Shown here piece by piece: positions 41,630 to 54,409 of a DNA stretch of 64,000 nucleotides. Location of the stretch: NCBI GenBank assembly GCA_025603075.1, contig MU626297.1, positions 73,933 through 137,932 of the forward strand. The letters are read 5' to 3'. The notes under the pieces were generated by a model. It had not been told where the DNA came from, made no database searches, and worked only from the letters and a program-made list of their open reading frames with translations. A program made the translations under genes and the position numbers. Position 1 is the stretch's first letter, and each line of letters begins with the position of its first letter. Source of the stretch: Neoconidiobolus thromboides FSU 785 (taxonomy: Eukaryota > Fungi > Entomophthoromycota).

Positions 41630-42111
41630 AGTGTTATTTTCTTCTCTTAATAAAGTATCATATTTAAAATTTATCAACATAAAACTTTAGTATTGAGCTT
41701 TCATTTAATAAATCTATCAATTAAACAAAAAAGCATTCTTTTTATGTTTATTCTACTTTTATAATGTGGAATAATGAAAATTATTAAATACTAAGACAAA
41801 GATGATGTTACACTACATGGGGATGTCCAAATTGGTTTCATTTTTTTATCCAATTTTTAAATATATACTTTAAAAACTTTGCTTAAAATTTTACAAAAAT
41901 AAATCTCTTATTAAAAACCAATAGTGTTTGATCTGATCTGATCTGACACAGCTACGAATTATCAATATATTATTAAGTTAATAAATAGCTGTATATAAGG
42001 GAGTAGTTAGCCATAAAACTATGGTTGTCTATTTTTATTTATTATTACAACTATCTGCTCTTTAATTATATATTAACTTAGTTATTAATAATTTAAGTAA
42101 TATTAACATTT

Positions 42112-42206
42112 GGGGATGTATTTTCGTATTTAAGAATTTTATTAACAATCTCTCCACTCAAATAACGCTTAAAGATAGAAAAGTAACAAAGCCTAAAAAC
42201 ATCCCC
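42112..42206 (-). mobile_element. 95-bp MITE copy, TSD ATTT
   Basis: ATTT|GGGGATGTATTT...AAAAACATCCCC|ATTT. Confidence 0.85.
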
Positions 42207-42395
42207 ATTTAAGGATTTATTTTCATCATTTAATAAAACACTCGCCTGCTTAATAAATATTGCAATTTTTCAATTTATTATTATTATAAGATGAATGCTA
42301 AGGTTAGTTTTTTAATCTCTGTTTCTTATAGACTTTAAAACTTCAATTAGATTTATATTATTATTTTTAATCTATCAAATACTCTATAATGATAT

Positions 42396-42494
42396 GGAGA
42401 TGTTTTTTTTGGTTTTATTGTTTTTCCATCTTTTAAACGCTTATTTGAGTGGAAAAATTGTTAGTAAAATTCTTAGACAAAAAGACATATCCTC
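42396..42494 (+). mobile_element. 99-bp MITE copy, TSD ATAT
   Basis: ATAT|GGAGATGTTTT...ACATATCCTC|ATAT. Confidence 0.85.
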
Positions 42495-42578
42495 ATATGG
42501 TTTATTTCATATTTAATAAAATATAAAGATTTCTTAGTATTTTATGTTTTTAATATTTTTTTAAAATTATATCTGTTT

Positions 42579-43042
42579 TGTGAAATCTAGTACTCAGTGA
42601 TTGGAGTCAACAACAATTATTGCTTAGTTGACTATACTGTAAGTCGAAAGGTCTTAGTTTATGTGACTAAGATAGACTTGAATTATGAAGAATACCACGT
42701 AATAGACTACAGACTATGTAAAACAAATAGAACAGACAATAATAATGTAAAATCTACGTAAAATACTATTAAGGAAACTTATTGGGCTTATTAAATGTTC
42801 GAGATATCAGGGAATAATTCAGTTAAAAAGCCTAGAGCTATTATGTTTTATAATCTCTTTTATACTCCGATAACTATAAATATCAAAACGAGAGGATTAT
42901 ATTTTTTGAGACAAAGATAGAACTTCTCTTAGCAAATCAGAATAAGAGCATGGGACTAATTATCCCTATAATTGAGAACACAACAGCTTAGGAAATTATT
43001 ATACTATAATTAGCCATGGGGCTGACAAAGCGATGTTTCACA
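42579..43042 (+). mobile_element. ~460-bp LTR-like dispersed element (solo LTR or non-autonomous TIR element)
   Basis: Termini TGTGAAA...TTTCACA; colinear homology with 58765-59219 and 63441-63905; no TSD seen. Confidence 0.7.
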
Positions 43043-44110
43043 TAGGGATGTTTTTTTATATTTTAATGGTAGATCATAATATTAGTATTTTATTATTAAT
43101 TATTTTTAAATAGTTATGTTGACTTTTATTTAAAAAAATATATTAAAGCTATAGTTGATAGTAGTGTCATTTATCGGTTTTTACTTGTTTCCTTTGAAAT
43201 ATTAATTTTTACACTATTTGATTAAATTCATTATTAGAATAATAAATTCTAATAATTTTATTGTTATCATTATATCATGAAACTTCATAAGCTCTGGGTT
43301 ATTATAAACAATTGTTAAAAATAATACAAATGAATTACAATGTTTGTATAATGTGTTTTTCCTTATTATATTAAAATTTAGTTATAAAAGCTTGCATCTT
43401 ATTTTTATTAAAATAAAAATAATATAAAACATATAATTAAAAAAATTAATTATTTAAAAAAAAATAAAGTAGTTGAAATAAGTCTTTTAAGTTAAATAAA
43501 AAGATTTAATTTCAAGCTTTTTAAATTTAACCATATAATAAAGACTTACAAATTTAAACTTAAATTTAGATCGATTTTCAAATTCTGAAACTAATTTAGA
43601 CATCCCTGTATGTTGCTTTTACTTTATTTTCATAGTAAATTGAAGTTGATTTAAGATATGATTTGCATTATTAATTTCTTATATATCTTATTTATTATTA
43701 AAGTATACAAGTTGAATAAATATCAGTTGAATTCTTGGAAAAAAAGCATACTCCTAGGGTATTATTACTAGATCATTTCTCACTATTTCCATCCAATACC
43801 CCCTTTTATCTATAAATCTTTTTAAAAAAAAACAAAACACTGCCTGTTTAAAAGAGAAATATAAAAAAATGCGCCCAATTGGTTTTATAACAAATCAAAA
43901 CTACCTTAAAGCAGGATGTTTTTATAATGATAATTAAAAATGTTATAGTAAATTAATTTAGAATTATATTTTTTAAATACTACTAAATAATACGTTAGTC
44001 CATTATTTAACTTTAACTTTAACTTTAACTTTAACTTTTTATGTTATTCATCCTGTATTTTATTGCTTATATCATTGTAACATAATGTAAGTCTATCTAT
44101 CAATTTTTAT

Positions 44111-45345
44111 TTACTCAGTTTGAGAATGCAATAACTTGTATTTTGAAACAGTGTTAGCAATAATATCGTCGACTAAAAGACCGGGTAATTGATTAGTGGA
44201 GATACATACTTGTTGTAAGAAACCTAAACCAAATGAATATATAGTAAATAAATTTAATAATAAAACATTACCTTTTTTGACAGAAGGAGCACCGATTTCA
44301 TAGATTGAACTCAAAACAGTTTGGATATTATCTAATTTAAGGTTAATTTGTATCTTTTAATATTGATTTTACGATTACCTTGGATTTCTTGGTCATTAAA
44401 TCCAAGCTATATAATATTAAATTAAGACACTTTTTCACCAAATGATAAAAGTTATACCTTAGCTATACCTGAATTATAATTTTAATATATTGTTCCATGA
44501 TAAATGTTAGTTAATTTACCTAAACGTACCATACCAGTATGATCAGATTTATAATCGAACATACCTTTGAATTGCATAATAGCTGGGGCTAAATCATTTG
44601 TTACATTTCCTAAATGTTGTTAACAACAATTCATAAAAACACTATAAAGTTACCCTTTTTAACTGTTGGCATAAGACCTCTAGGACCAAGAACACGAGCA
44701 ATTTTAGTTACTTGTGGTAACATAGCAGGTGTAGAAATACATTTATTAAACTCAATTAAACCTTCTTGAATCTAATTGAATGAAATTATAACTCGGTAAA
44801 TTCTCATCAGCTTAGTTATTACCTGTTGAATAAGCTCACCTCCTCCAACAATATCAGCTCCTGCTGCTTTTGCTTCTTCAGCTGCTTTACCCTTTTTTAA
44901 AAGATGAGTTTGTTACTTACTTATAGTTTAGATTATTATTACCTCAGCAAAAACTAAAACAATAGAGTCTTGGTTCATGGCTTTAGGTAATATAACTGAA
45001 CCTAATAGCTCTTTATTATATTTATTACGATCATAGCGAACCATTAATTCAATTGTTTTATCTTTAGTGGCATCAAAGTCGTGACTCTTTAATTTAAAAC
45101 AATCATGATTAGCTAAATTGCTTTATTCGTATTATTATTGTTTACTCTTAATATATTCATTGCCTCTTTAAACGATATAGCTCCAAAATTACGAGTTTTT
45201 TTGTTCTTCTTATTACCGCTTCCTTTAACTGAAGCATAGCTTCGAGTAATAATCTTTCAAGTGTTATTTATTAAGTTATTATCAAGTTTGATTGTCACCT
45301 TACCTTTGTAATAGTTGAATTTCTATTTAAATTATTAACTAACAT
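44111..45345 (-). CDS. MRPL1: Mitochondrial ribosomal protein uL1m, multi-exon
   Basis: GSVILPK..VLVFAEGKAAEEAKAAGADIVGG, IARVLGPRGLMPTVKKG; basic presequence-like N-terminus. Confidence 0.92.
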
Positions 45346-45515
45346 TTTATATTATTATCTTTTTATCTAAAAAATAAGTTAATCTCAATTAGTTTTTTGA
45401 TTCTAAAAACAAACTTGAGATAAATTCAACCAATAAAATATGCTCATTTAGGATTAAAACTATCTAATAAAATGAGCTTTTGTTTATTTTTATCACTTAT
45501 TAAACCAAAAGCAAA

Positions 45516-46233
45516 ATGAATGAAAATGAAATGAAGAGTGAAAAACCAAAAGAAATAAACAGTAAAGGAAATCAAATAAATGACAAAGAAGAAGAGATAA
45601 ATGAGAAAGAAAATGGATTTAGGTTTAAAAAAAGGGATACTAGTATTAAAAAGAATTTAAGAAAGAGAAAAATCGATCCAGATGAAGGTAAAGAGCAAGA
45701 AAAGGAGGATAAAAAGGGGGATGAAAAGGGTTCACTAAATGAGCAAGATAAAATCGAAAATGAAATAAAGTAAGTTTTGATTTTTATGAGTATTGTTTAA
45801 TATTTAATAACGATTATAGTGAAGAAGAAATAAAAACTCTATTAGAATTACGTTCATTAATTAAACCTAAAAGGGGAGTTAAAGGAAACTTGAATAAAAA
45901 TCAAGAAAAAAAAGTAAAAAAGAATCAAGCGATGGAATCATTTACTAACTCTACAATATTATTGAATATGGAGCACCATATGAATAACTATATTAGCTCA
46001 AGGCTAAATCAAACTAAGGATCCTACTTTAGATCTTGAACAAGATATTAGAAACGAAAACGAAGAGAGCAATTCAAAAAATAATAAAGCAGGGATGGATA
46101 AATGGATCAATTCTAATGCATTTTTAACCAAAGTACAAGAAGTAGATTTAAACGATGAGTAAGTAATTATTTTATTTTATTTTATTTTATCTTCATTAAA
46201 CTTTTTTTTAGAAAAATAAAGAGTAAAGAATAA
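45516..46233 (+). CDS. TLS1/C9orf78-like splicing factor (HCC antigen 59 domain), 3 exons
   Basis: FKKR..LRKRK; LELRSLIKPKRGV; NMEHHMNNYISSRL; LTKVQEVDLNDEKIKS resembles the C9orf78 motifs MxxYIExEL and IPEVDLG..KIK. Confidence 0.65.
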
Positions 46234-46263
46234 AATTATATTTATTAACATTATATTTTTATT

Positions 46264-48237
46264 TTATTTATAAATTGAATACATTGAATATTGTATTAAT
46301 GCAAATAATACTACCATTAAGAAATAAGGTAACATTATTATTACTATTGGTGAAACAACAAATATATTTTTAAATTCCTTAATGATCAATGGTAATATTA
46401 CTCTACAACCAGTAAAAAATAGCTTAAATGATTCGATAAATGCTATTGGTTGATAATAAAATGGGGAACGTACTACCATTAAATATTGAGCATATAAACA
46501 TACTCTAAAGAAATGATATGTTAAATAATATGGTCTACTATCAATACTATATTATAATAAAAGTTAATAAATATTATTATACTATTATAGTTATGTTTAC
46601 CCTGATAAAAAGTTGATTGGGCCATCCACACAAATACCACCCAACTTAAAGTACTCAAAGCAACCTTCTTGTAATAAAAATAAATTTGGATCTAATAAAT
46701 AATCAGTTTTGTACTTAATAATATAAGATGATTGCAGTATTTACCATCTTCTGCTTGAAATAAAGCATATAAGGCATTTGCTAAAATATTGATTACTGAA
46801 CCTGTTGATTTACGTTTCCAATGGAATTGATAAAGTAAATCTTTAAGATTTTTTTGATTAGAAGTTGATTCTAATAAGTCTTTTAAAGTTAAAATATCTT
46901 GAAATGCTATTGTCATTCCACCTCCTGTTAATGGATGTCTCATATTCATAGCATCCCCTGCCATTATTAAGCCATCTGGGAATAAAGCATTTTGTGTAGG
47001 TGGTAAAAATGAATTTGGCATTACTCTTGGTTTTTGGTCCATTACTGCTGATTTAAAACTTGACTAATAAAATTGCTAATATTATTATATGTACTAAAAA
47101 TACTACTATTATATTTACTTGAAGTGATTTAGGTAATTCGCTTAATACTTTTTCCAATAAATAACTCTAAAATTTATTATTAATTAAATCTTAAGATTGA
47201 TTGTTATAATAGTTACTTTTAAGTCTCCATTGGATATACTTGGTAATTTTCCTGCAATATCAATTAAAACACGTGTATCTGGAGTTGATATTTGATATAA
47301 TAAAATTGGTCCTGTTTTGCCTAATACAACATGCCCATGATGCTTATATGGTAATTCAGCATTTTTTAGTATAAACCTATTTATATTTAATTTATTTTCT
47401 ATTTAAAATAAGAACTAATTTACCCTACAAAGTGAGATGTTGTTTCAGGTTCCATTGTAACTAAACCTTTACGGAATTTTGAAAAACAACCATCTGCAAT
47501 AACAGTAATTGATGAAAAAAACTAATTATATATTATTATATTATTTATATTATATTATAATATATTATTACCATTTTTATTTCTTCCCCTACTTTACATT
47601 GTACTCCTAATACTTTATCCATTTCTTTATCATATATCAGCTTATTTACTGTTCCTTCTACTATCGTAATACTATATAATCATTAGTATTACTTTATTTA
47701 TCTAATAATAATTACTTTTCTTCTTTTTTAGCCAAATTCCTAAGGTTAGTTATAAATCTACCATGATGAAAACTCCTACCATGATATTGTTCATTGTTTT
47801 CATCTTTCGTATAGGGAATAGTAATTGGTTTTCCTTTGAAAAAAATAGCATAGCCGTCTTCTTGAATTGAGTCAATGTTTTCCAAAGCATCTTCTAAGTT
47901 TAGTTTTTTCAATACTTCTAAGCCTCCAGGTTGTAATAGTTCTCCTACTATTCTATCTGGTTCTTTTAAATCTCTTTCTATTATCTTGTTATTTTATTCT
48001 TTCAATATCGTTATTGTTTCAATTACCAATCAATAATACTTTTTTTCCTTCCCTTGCCATTGTTGTTGCAAATGCTGCCCCAAATATCCCTGCTCCAATA
48101 ACTAAATACTCATAATCTATGAACTACAGAATGATTTTATGATTAAAAAATATTATATTATATTTTATTATATTAAATACTTTTTGATTATTTAACATAT
48201 TTTTGTCAAGTTCGATAAAATTACTCTTAACATCCAT
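46264..48237 (-). CDS. ERG1: Squalene epoxidase, multi-exon
   Basis: GAGIFG FAD motif, EPDRIVGELLQPGG, FHHGRF, IADGCFSKFR, GDAMNMRHPLTGGGMT. Confidence 0.96.
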
Positions 48238-48516
48238 TTTAATAATACTTTTAGTAACAAAATAATATATTTTATTCAAATATATTTTATTTTTTATAGT
48301 AAATAGTAAATGGTTCCACTTTAAATGGTGATATTTTTTACACCAATTAAATTTATTTATAAAAATATCATTCGTTTTTTAGTGTATTTTCTAAATCTCC
48401 TCAAACAAAAAGATCAAAAAAATCGGAGAGAAAAGTAATTATTTATGATAATATTTAATTAAGTTTATCTTTAAAAATCAAATGTATAAAACTATTCTTA
48501 TTAAATTCACTTTTTA

Positions 48517-50022
48517 TTAAATAAAAATTTTATTTATATCGATATTTTGGGATATCAGTTTAATCCTCCTTTTTTGTATAATTAAATTAATATCGTTTCT
48601 ATTTAATAATAAAGGTTCATTCCAACTAGTGTTGTTTAATAGTTCCATTTCATTTAATGCTATTAACAAGTCGTTTTCAGTAATAAAAGTTAACTTTGAT
48701 ATTTGCTCAAGCGTTATTTTACCTTGATAGTTCAATAATATATCGATTATACTATTCATCCAGTACCTTAAATAACTTCTATACCCTGATTTAGATAATG
48801 GCCTTTCTGCTGATCCCATTTTACCCTCCACTTTTGATAATTTATAGCCTAAAAAGAATATGATTACTTTATTATTGTTATCATTGTCAAACAAAATGTA
48901 TTACTGAATTCGATCAATAAAGTCCCATAGCCTTTGTTTTGGAAAGCGGGGAAAGTCAAAATGCAAGCCAGATTGTTTCCTTTAAATTCTTTTTCCTTAA
49001 AAATAAATAAATGCACAATGTAGTGTAGTATATATTATGTTTACTTTCGAGAAATAAGCTACAGGTTGAAACATATCGTTAATTTTAACAAACAATAAAT
49101 AAAAATTAAAGCCTTTGAGTGAATAACAAATATCTTTATGGCTTATAAATAGTTTTGAAAATAAACACAAATTTTGACATAACAACTATAATTTTTAACT
49201 GTATACTAATAACCAAATATATTAATTTACCTTTTCTTCTTCTCCATCCAATTTCATTATCATTTCGTTTTCTGTACAATATACTATCTGGTGTTCTTGA
49301 TATTTATTTATGTTACATTTTTTCTATTAATGTTGTTATATTACATAATTGTAATAATAAAATAATACTTACTAAATGTTCTTCATATGGATTAGTATAT
49401 TGAAAATATTGAAAACAATAATGACAAATCAATAAAGTTTTGACATAATAATAATGATCTGGATACGGAGAAGGATAATAGCAAGGTATAAAGTGATCAT
49501 TCATAAATACGTTATATACGTTTTTTATTGGATATTCTTCAAAGGTTAATGGTTTTCTTTCTGAATGCTATATAGTTTATTATATAAAATCTTAGAAATG
49601 ATTTAAAAATGATTTAAAGTATTTTACTGCTATTATTCTTTTTGATGTATTTCCTTTATCTTGTTTCAGGTTATAAGAAAATTCTCCTTCAGAAAATGTT
49701 TCAATTTTATTTTTATTAACCCACTGATCATATTTTGTATCTACTATATAATATGTTATTATATTTCTTAAAAGAGTGTTTTCATATCAACAGTTGCTTA
49801 CAATTTCCAAAGTGTAAATAATATTCCTTTTCTTTATTTTGGCTTATTCTTTCACTTATAATAGTAGCTGTAACTAATAAAATAAGTATTATAATTAAAA
49901 GTTATTTGCTTATTACTTAATTGATTTCCCCAATATAATTCGCATTCCCATCCTATTAGACTATTTAATTTTAATTTATTCATTTTTCGAGTTGTAAAAA
50001 TATATTCATTGTTTTTATTCAT
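48517..50022 (-). CDS. MYST-family histone acetyltransferase with chromo-barrel (Esa1/MOF-like, divergent), multi-exon
   Basis: YYIHFGNCNKKYDQWV, YYPSPYP, ICHYC..H zinc finger, LCQNLCLFSKLF, NNLACILTFPAFQNKGYG, GSAERPLS. Confidence 0.88.
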
Positions 50023-50237
50023 GAATTTTTATTTTCGTTTTTTTGATTGGAATCTTCTTTTAATAGTTTAATTAGTAACATAATAAAAATTTCTTGTTTT
50101 GTTGAATTGTATAATTAATTGATTTCATAGTGCCCTTAAGAATAAGCTTATTTAAAGCAAGTCCAGTTCTTTTGAGATTAGACTTGACTGTCAAAAAAGG
50201 TGCTTTTGTTTTTCTGTTGTTTATTTTTACTACTACA

Positions 50238-51290
50238 ATGAGATTTGAATCTGTTTATTTAACGACAGCACTAGCCATCGAAGTTGTATTTTCATTGATA
50301 GCGGTAGCATTAAATATCTTATTGTTGCTAAGTATCAGTAAACTGAAGGCGAGTAAGAGGAGAAGTAATGACATTGTTATTATTCAGCTACTATCAATCC
50401 TAGACTTTATCTATTCAACGTTTTCATTTTTCAATTCAGCTATAGTATTAGCGACTAAGAACAAGTATTTTTACAATAATAGTACTTTATGCTGGATAGA
50501 AAGTATCATAAAGTACGTTTACTTATTAAACAATTTATCGCTATTATCTCTGCTGTCTTTCTTAAGGTATTATATTATAGTTAAAGAAAAGAAAGTCAAA
50601 AAAAAATATATTATTATTATTATTATAGTTAATTTTTTAATCAATATCATCCTGCTAGTAGTAAACTTAGTATTATCGACACCAAAGCTAATGCCAATCC
50701 AAAGCTACTGTTTATTAAGAAAAAAACAAACTACATTATCAGCAGGCATCTATGTTCGATTTTTTAATGTATTCTTCATTATCAAACTATTTGTATTTTT
50801 ATTTATTATTTATTATTCTTATTTGAGTTTAATATATTATTATTATAAAAAATGTCATTCCATTTTACTATCCAATTTGATTAATTATGATAATAATAGT
50901 AATAATATTAATGGTAATAGTAATAGTAATATAAATATAAATATAAATAACAATAATATAAATAATTACATTTCAAATAATAATTTACTTTACTTGAATT
51001 ATAATAGTCATATTAAAAAGACATTAATATTTATCATTGTTAAAGCGTTTATCATTTTGCTTTCATACACCTTGACTGTTATACCAGATCTAGTGACGTT
51101 GATCCCATATACACTGTCAAAAATAAAGATTAACCCAGAAATTGACTTAATTTGTTCAATTTTAAGATCTTTAATGCCCTTATTTGATGCCATCTTTGTC
51201 TTGATTCTACACGATGATGTTTTTGTTTCATTAAAAAGTATGATTTTTGATGTTAGTAGCTATAATACTAGCTATTATCAAATTAATTAA
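50238..51290 (+). CDS. Intronless 7TM class-A (rhodopsin-like) GPCR-like protein
   Basis: Seven hydrophobic segments; TM1 Asn, TM2 LSILD, TM3 LSFLRY, putative TM3/ECL2 Cys pair, TM7 PLFDAIF. The first ATG is at 50238 (the ORF track used an upstream GTG). Confidence 0.7.
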   Translation: MRFESVYLTTALAIEVVFSLIAVALNILLLLSISKLKASKRRSNDIVIIQLLSILDFIYSTFSFFNSAIVLATKNKYFYNNSTLCWIESIIKYVYLLNNLSLLSLLSFLRYYIIVKEKKVKKKYIIIIIIVNFLINIILLVVNLVLSTPKLMPIQSYCLLRKKQTTLSAGIYVRFFNVFFIIKLFVFLFIIYYSYLSLIYYYYKKCHSILLSNLINYDNNSNNINGNSNSNINININNNNINNYISNNNLLYLNYNSHIKKTLIFIIVKAFIILLSYTLTVIPDLVTLIPYTLSKIKINPEIDLICSILRSLMPLFDAIFVLILHDDVFVSLKSMIFDVSSYNTSYYQIN

Positions 51291-51518
51291 ATAGAATATA
51301 CATAAGCTTAATCTTTATTCTGAGTTTTTAGCTATATAATGTGACTTAATTTTTACATTAAATCATTAAAATAAATAGTAATCTAATTATTATGCTAAGT
51401 CAAAATACTATAAATTAAAAATTCAATTATTCTTTTTGATTTCTTATATAAATATAAATAGTAAAATAATAAATTCAGATATAATATTGGGTTAGTAAAT
51501 CAACATTTAATATTCAAA

Positions 51519-52817
51519 ATGAGATTATTATTAAATTCCTTAAATAAAATAAGTAAATTTACAATCTTGAATAAGAACATCACAAATTATAATAAACAGT
51601 TGAACTTAAATGTAAATATTAAGCATATATATCACAAACATAATAAGGATTTAAACAATTCTAGAGCACTAAATAAGAACTTTTTATTATTAAATAATAA
51701 AATTGGTATGAAACATAACAGCAATTTGAATGTTATCTTAAGTTTAAATTTTCATTCAACAAGACAAAATCAGTTTAATTCAACGATAATAATTTCATTA
51801 GTTAATTTAGCAAGTAGAATGAGTTTAATCTCAATACCATTCTTTTATACTTTTAGAGTCTTTAAAAAGTATCCAAAATTTACCTTTTTATTCGTTAGTA
51901 TACCATTAGCATTACTATCTATAATGATAATAATAAGTATCGAGTATAGTAAATATGGCCAAAGATGGAGACTTGTGTTCAATAACGAAAAGAGTGAAGT
52001 CAAAGAAATCAAGGATTTATTTGATAAATATAGACCCAATTTAAACATAAACTATGATATTGTTACTGAAGAGCTATTAGCAGTGATAAGGATTATTATT
52101 TTCGAACTATTGTCAGTTACTGGTGAGTTTAATAAACGCGAGCTATTAAATCAAAAATGGGAAATAATTATTACTGATGAAGATACTATTCAAGCACAAG
52201 TGTTATCTTCTGGACATATAATAATAACAAGTGAAACATTAAAGTTTATTAAATCAATTAATGAGCTTGCATTTATTTTAGCTCATGAAATATCTCATAT
52301 ATTATATCGTCATAATGCCGAATTAAGAAGTTTAACGGACCTAAGTAATAACTTTTTATTTGTAATAGCAGGCATTATTGACTTTGTTTCATCTCAATTC
52401 CCAAAAGTAAAACAAATATTAGGCCCAACACTATCGAATTGCTCTAAAGGCTCTCTATTATATCCATATACAAGATTACAAGAACTAGAAGCGGATAAAG
52501 GTGCTATTTTTTTAATGTCCAGAGCAGGCTATAATCCAAATAGTAGCATAAAATTTTGGAATAGATTGCTGAAAGAAAAAGAGGATGAAAGAGAAAATAA
52601 GGATGACAATAGTAATTTAAATAAAATAAATAACAACAGGCACGTCTTTAATTCACATCCAGATATTTTATTTCGAATTAAGTTCATTGAGTCAATTATA
52701 TCAATTGTTTCTCCAATTTACCTTCAAAATAGACAAATATCGACTTATAACTTTAAAGATTGGGAACCTATATATAAAGAGATAGGCTGGAATGATATTA
52801 ATATATTTCGTAAATAA
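51519..52817 (+). CDS. OMA1: Mitochondrial metalloendopeptidase OMA1 (peptidase M48), intronless
   Basis: LAFILAHEISHILYRHNAE (HExxH), YTRLQELEADKGAIFLMSRAGYNP, SHP; presequence-like N-terminus. Confidence 0.9.
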   Translation: MRLLLNSLNKISKFTILNKNITNYNKQLNLNVNIKHIYHKHNKDLNNSRALNKNFLLLNNKIGMKHNSNLNVILSLNFHSTRQNQFNSTIIISLVNLASRMSLISIPFFYTFRVFKKYPKFTFLFVSIPLALLSIMIIISIEYSKYGQRWRLVFNNEKSEVKEIKDLFDKYRPNLNINYDIVTEELLAVIRIIIFELLSVTGEFNKRELLNQKWEIIITDEDTIQAQVLSSGHIIITSETLKFIKSINELAFILAHEISHILYRHNAELRSLTDLSNNFLFVIAGIIDFVSSQFPKVKQILGPTLSNCSKGSLLYPYTRLQELEADKGAIFLMSRAGYNPNSSIKFWNRLLKEKEDERENKDDNSNLNKINNNRHVFNSHPDILFRIKFIESIISIVSPIYLQNRQISTYNFKDWEPIYKEIGWNDINIFRK

Positions 52818-52825
52818 TATTAATG

Positions 52826-53602
52826 CTAGCAACGATCCCAAATATCATTAATTGTATCAAAATCTAAAGTGGAAGAGTTTAAGATATCTGTAATAGTAAT
52901 TGTAGATAATGACAAATTGTCCGAACCTAAAATAGTATATTATTTTAGGATATATTATATTGTATTATATTATTGAATAAAATACCACATATTTGTAATT
53001 TATAGTTTCTGTCATTCCCATTCTTATTTCCATGATCAAGTAAATAAAAGCCTAACCTATGACATAATTCTATCTTCAAACTAAAAAATATTATTAAATA
53101 TGATAGAGAAGGTAAAAGCTTACACATTAGGATCAGAAGGAATATAATTTGTAAGAAGATTATTTTCTATTTCGATGATTTCATTCTCTAAAGTATCCAC
53201 TTCTTCAGTTACATTTAAAAGAAGCTGTTCATTTATTTGAATTTTATTGGATAATTTAAATATCTCCCTATTATATTTAATCCTCAAACTCTCATCGTTA
53301 ATTTCATTAACTTTAGTTACGTATTTACTATATAAGCGTAAATCGTTTTCCACTTTTTTAGCAACATCTATTTTTAATACTTCATTTAGTACTGTTATGA
53401 TTAAATTATAAATAAGATTACCTTGCTCCTTAATCTTTAGTTCGTTAATTTGGCTGTTTGTCTTCTTTTTTATTGAATTATAAAGTTCTATTATTTCGTA
53501 AACCTCATTTATAACCTCGTCTGTATTTGTAATTCCATTTAGTTTGATATTATTATTAGCATCTGTCCCTTTTCTTTCTTGATTATACATGATAGAATCC
53601 AT
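52826..53602 (-). CDS. SPC24: Probable kinetochore protein Spc24 (coiled coil plus RWD-like C-terminus), spliced
   Basis: Coiled-coil exon followed by PNVLKIELCHRLGF..INDIWDRC, resembling the Spc24 pattern VLKLxLYRxLG..YxW. Confidence 0.55.
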
Positions 53603-53792
53603 TTTTAATTGAAAGCTAAAATAAAAACTAAAGCATTTTTACATTGTATATACTAAATATAATTGGTTAATTTAGTAATTAGAGCTCACTTGAATAATTA
53701 AATATTAAACTGCAGTTTGTACATTTATTTAAGCAATGCAAATATTGGAGTCTATTTAACTTCAAACCGAATGTTGAGTAGCTTCACAATTT

Positions 53793-53888
53793 GCGGATAT
53801 ATTTTTGTGTTTAAGGATTTCACTAACAATTTTTCCACTCAAATAGCGCTTAAAAATGGAAAAAACAATGAAGCCAAAAAACATCCCC
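53793..53888 (-). mobile_element. 96-bp MITE copy, TSD ATTT
   Basis: ATTT|GCGGATATATTT...AAAAAACATCCCC|ATTT. Confidence 0.85.
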
Positions 53889-54409
53889 ATTTGAAGTTAA
53901 GAGAGTTCTGGAAGTGCAAAATGGGCGAAATGAGCTTAATAAGCGGAATTAATTAATAAACTTAATAAACTATACTTTTGAAAGTGAAATAAATCCTTAT
54001 TACCAATTAAGAGTATTTTAAACATTTTTACTTTTATCATAATATCTTATTAATTTATGAATCGAAGATTTTTATTTCCTTTTTTATTAATCAGCTTTAT
54101 ACAGCAGACTATATTAATAAATTATTTATTGCAATTCCGTGTTTTAGACATAAAGTATTGAAAACTAATTTGAGTATTCTCGATTTATAATATTTAGAAT
54201 GCGTTTATTAATAATAGTAATAGCAATCTTATTACAGTCGTAAATATAACAGTATAGTATAGTAAACGAAATAACTGAGAACAGAAAATAAATCATGCTA
54301 AATGGGAAACAAGGGTCAAAATGAGAATAATTTATTAATTCATTATTAAATATTTGATATAAATACAGCTTAAACAAAATGCCTTGTTTTATTTTTTTAT
54401 CAGTTAATA

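Noticed and set aside
44111-52817. Origin from an anaerobic gut fungus or from Dictyostelium (both AT-rich with poly-Asn)
   Set aside because: Mitochondrial rpL1, OMA1 and oxygen-dependent squalene epoxidase argue against anaerobic chytrids, and TTAGGG telomeres argue against Dictyostelium discoideum.
53717-53956. Short ORFs overlapping repeats (also 62496-62678)
   Set aside because: They are read through MITE copies; spurious.
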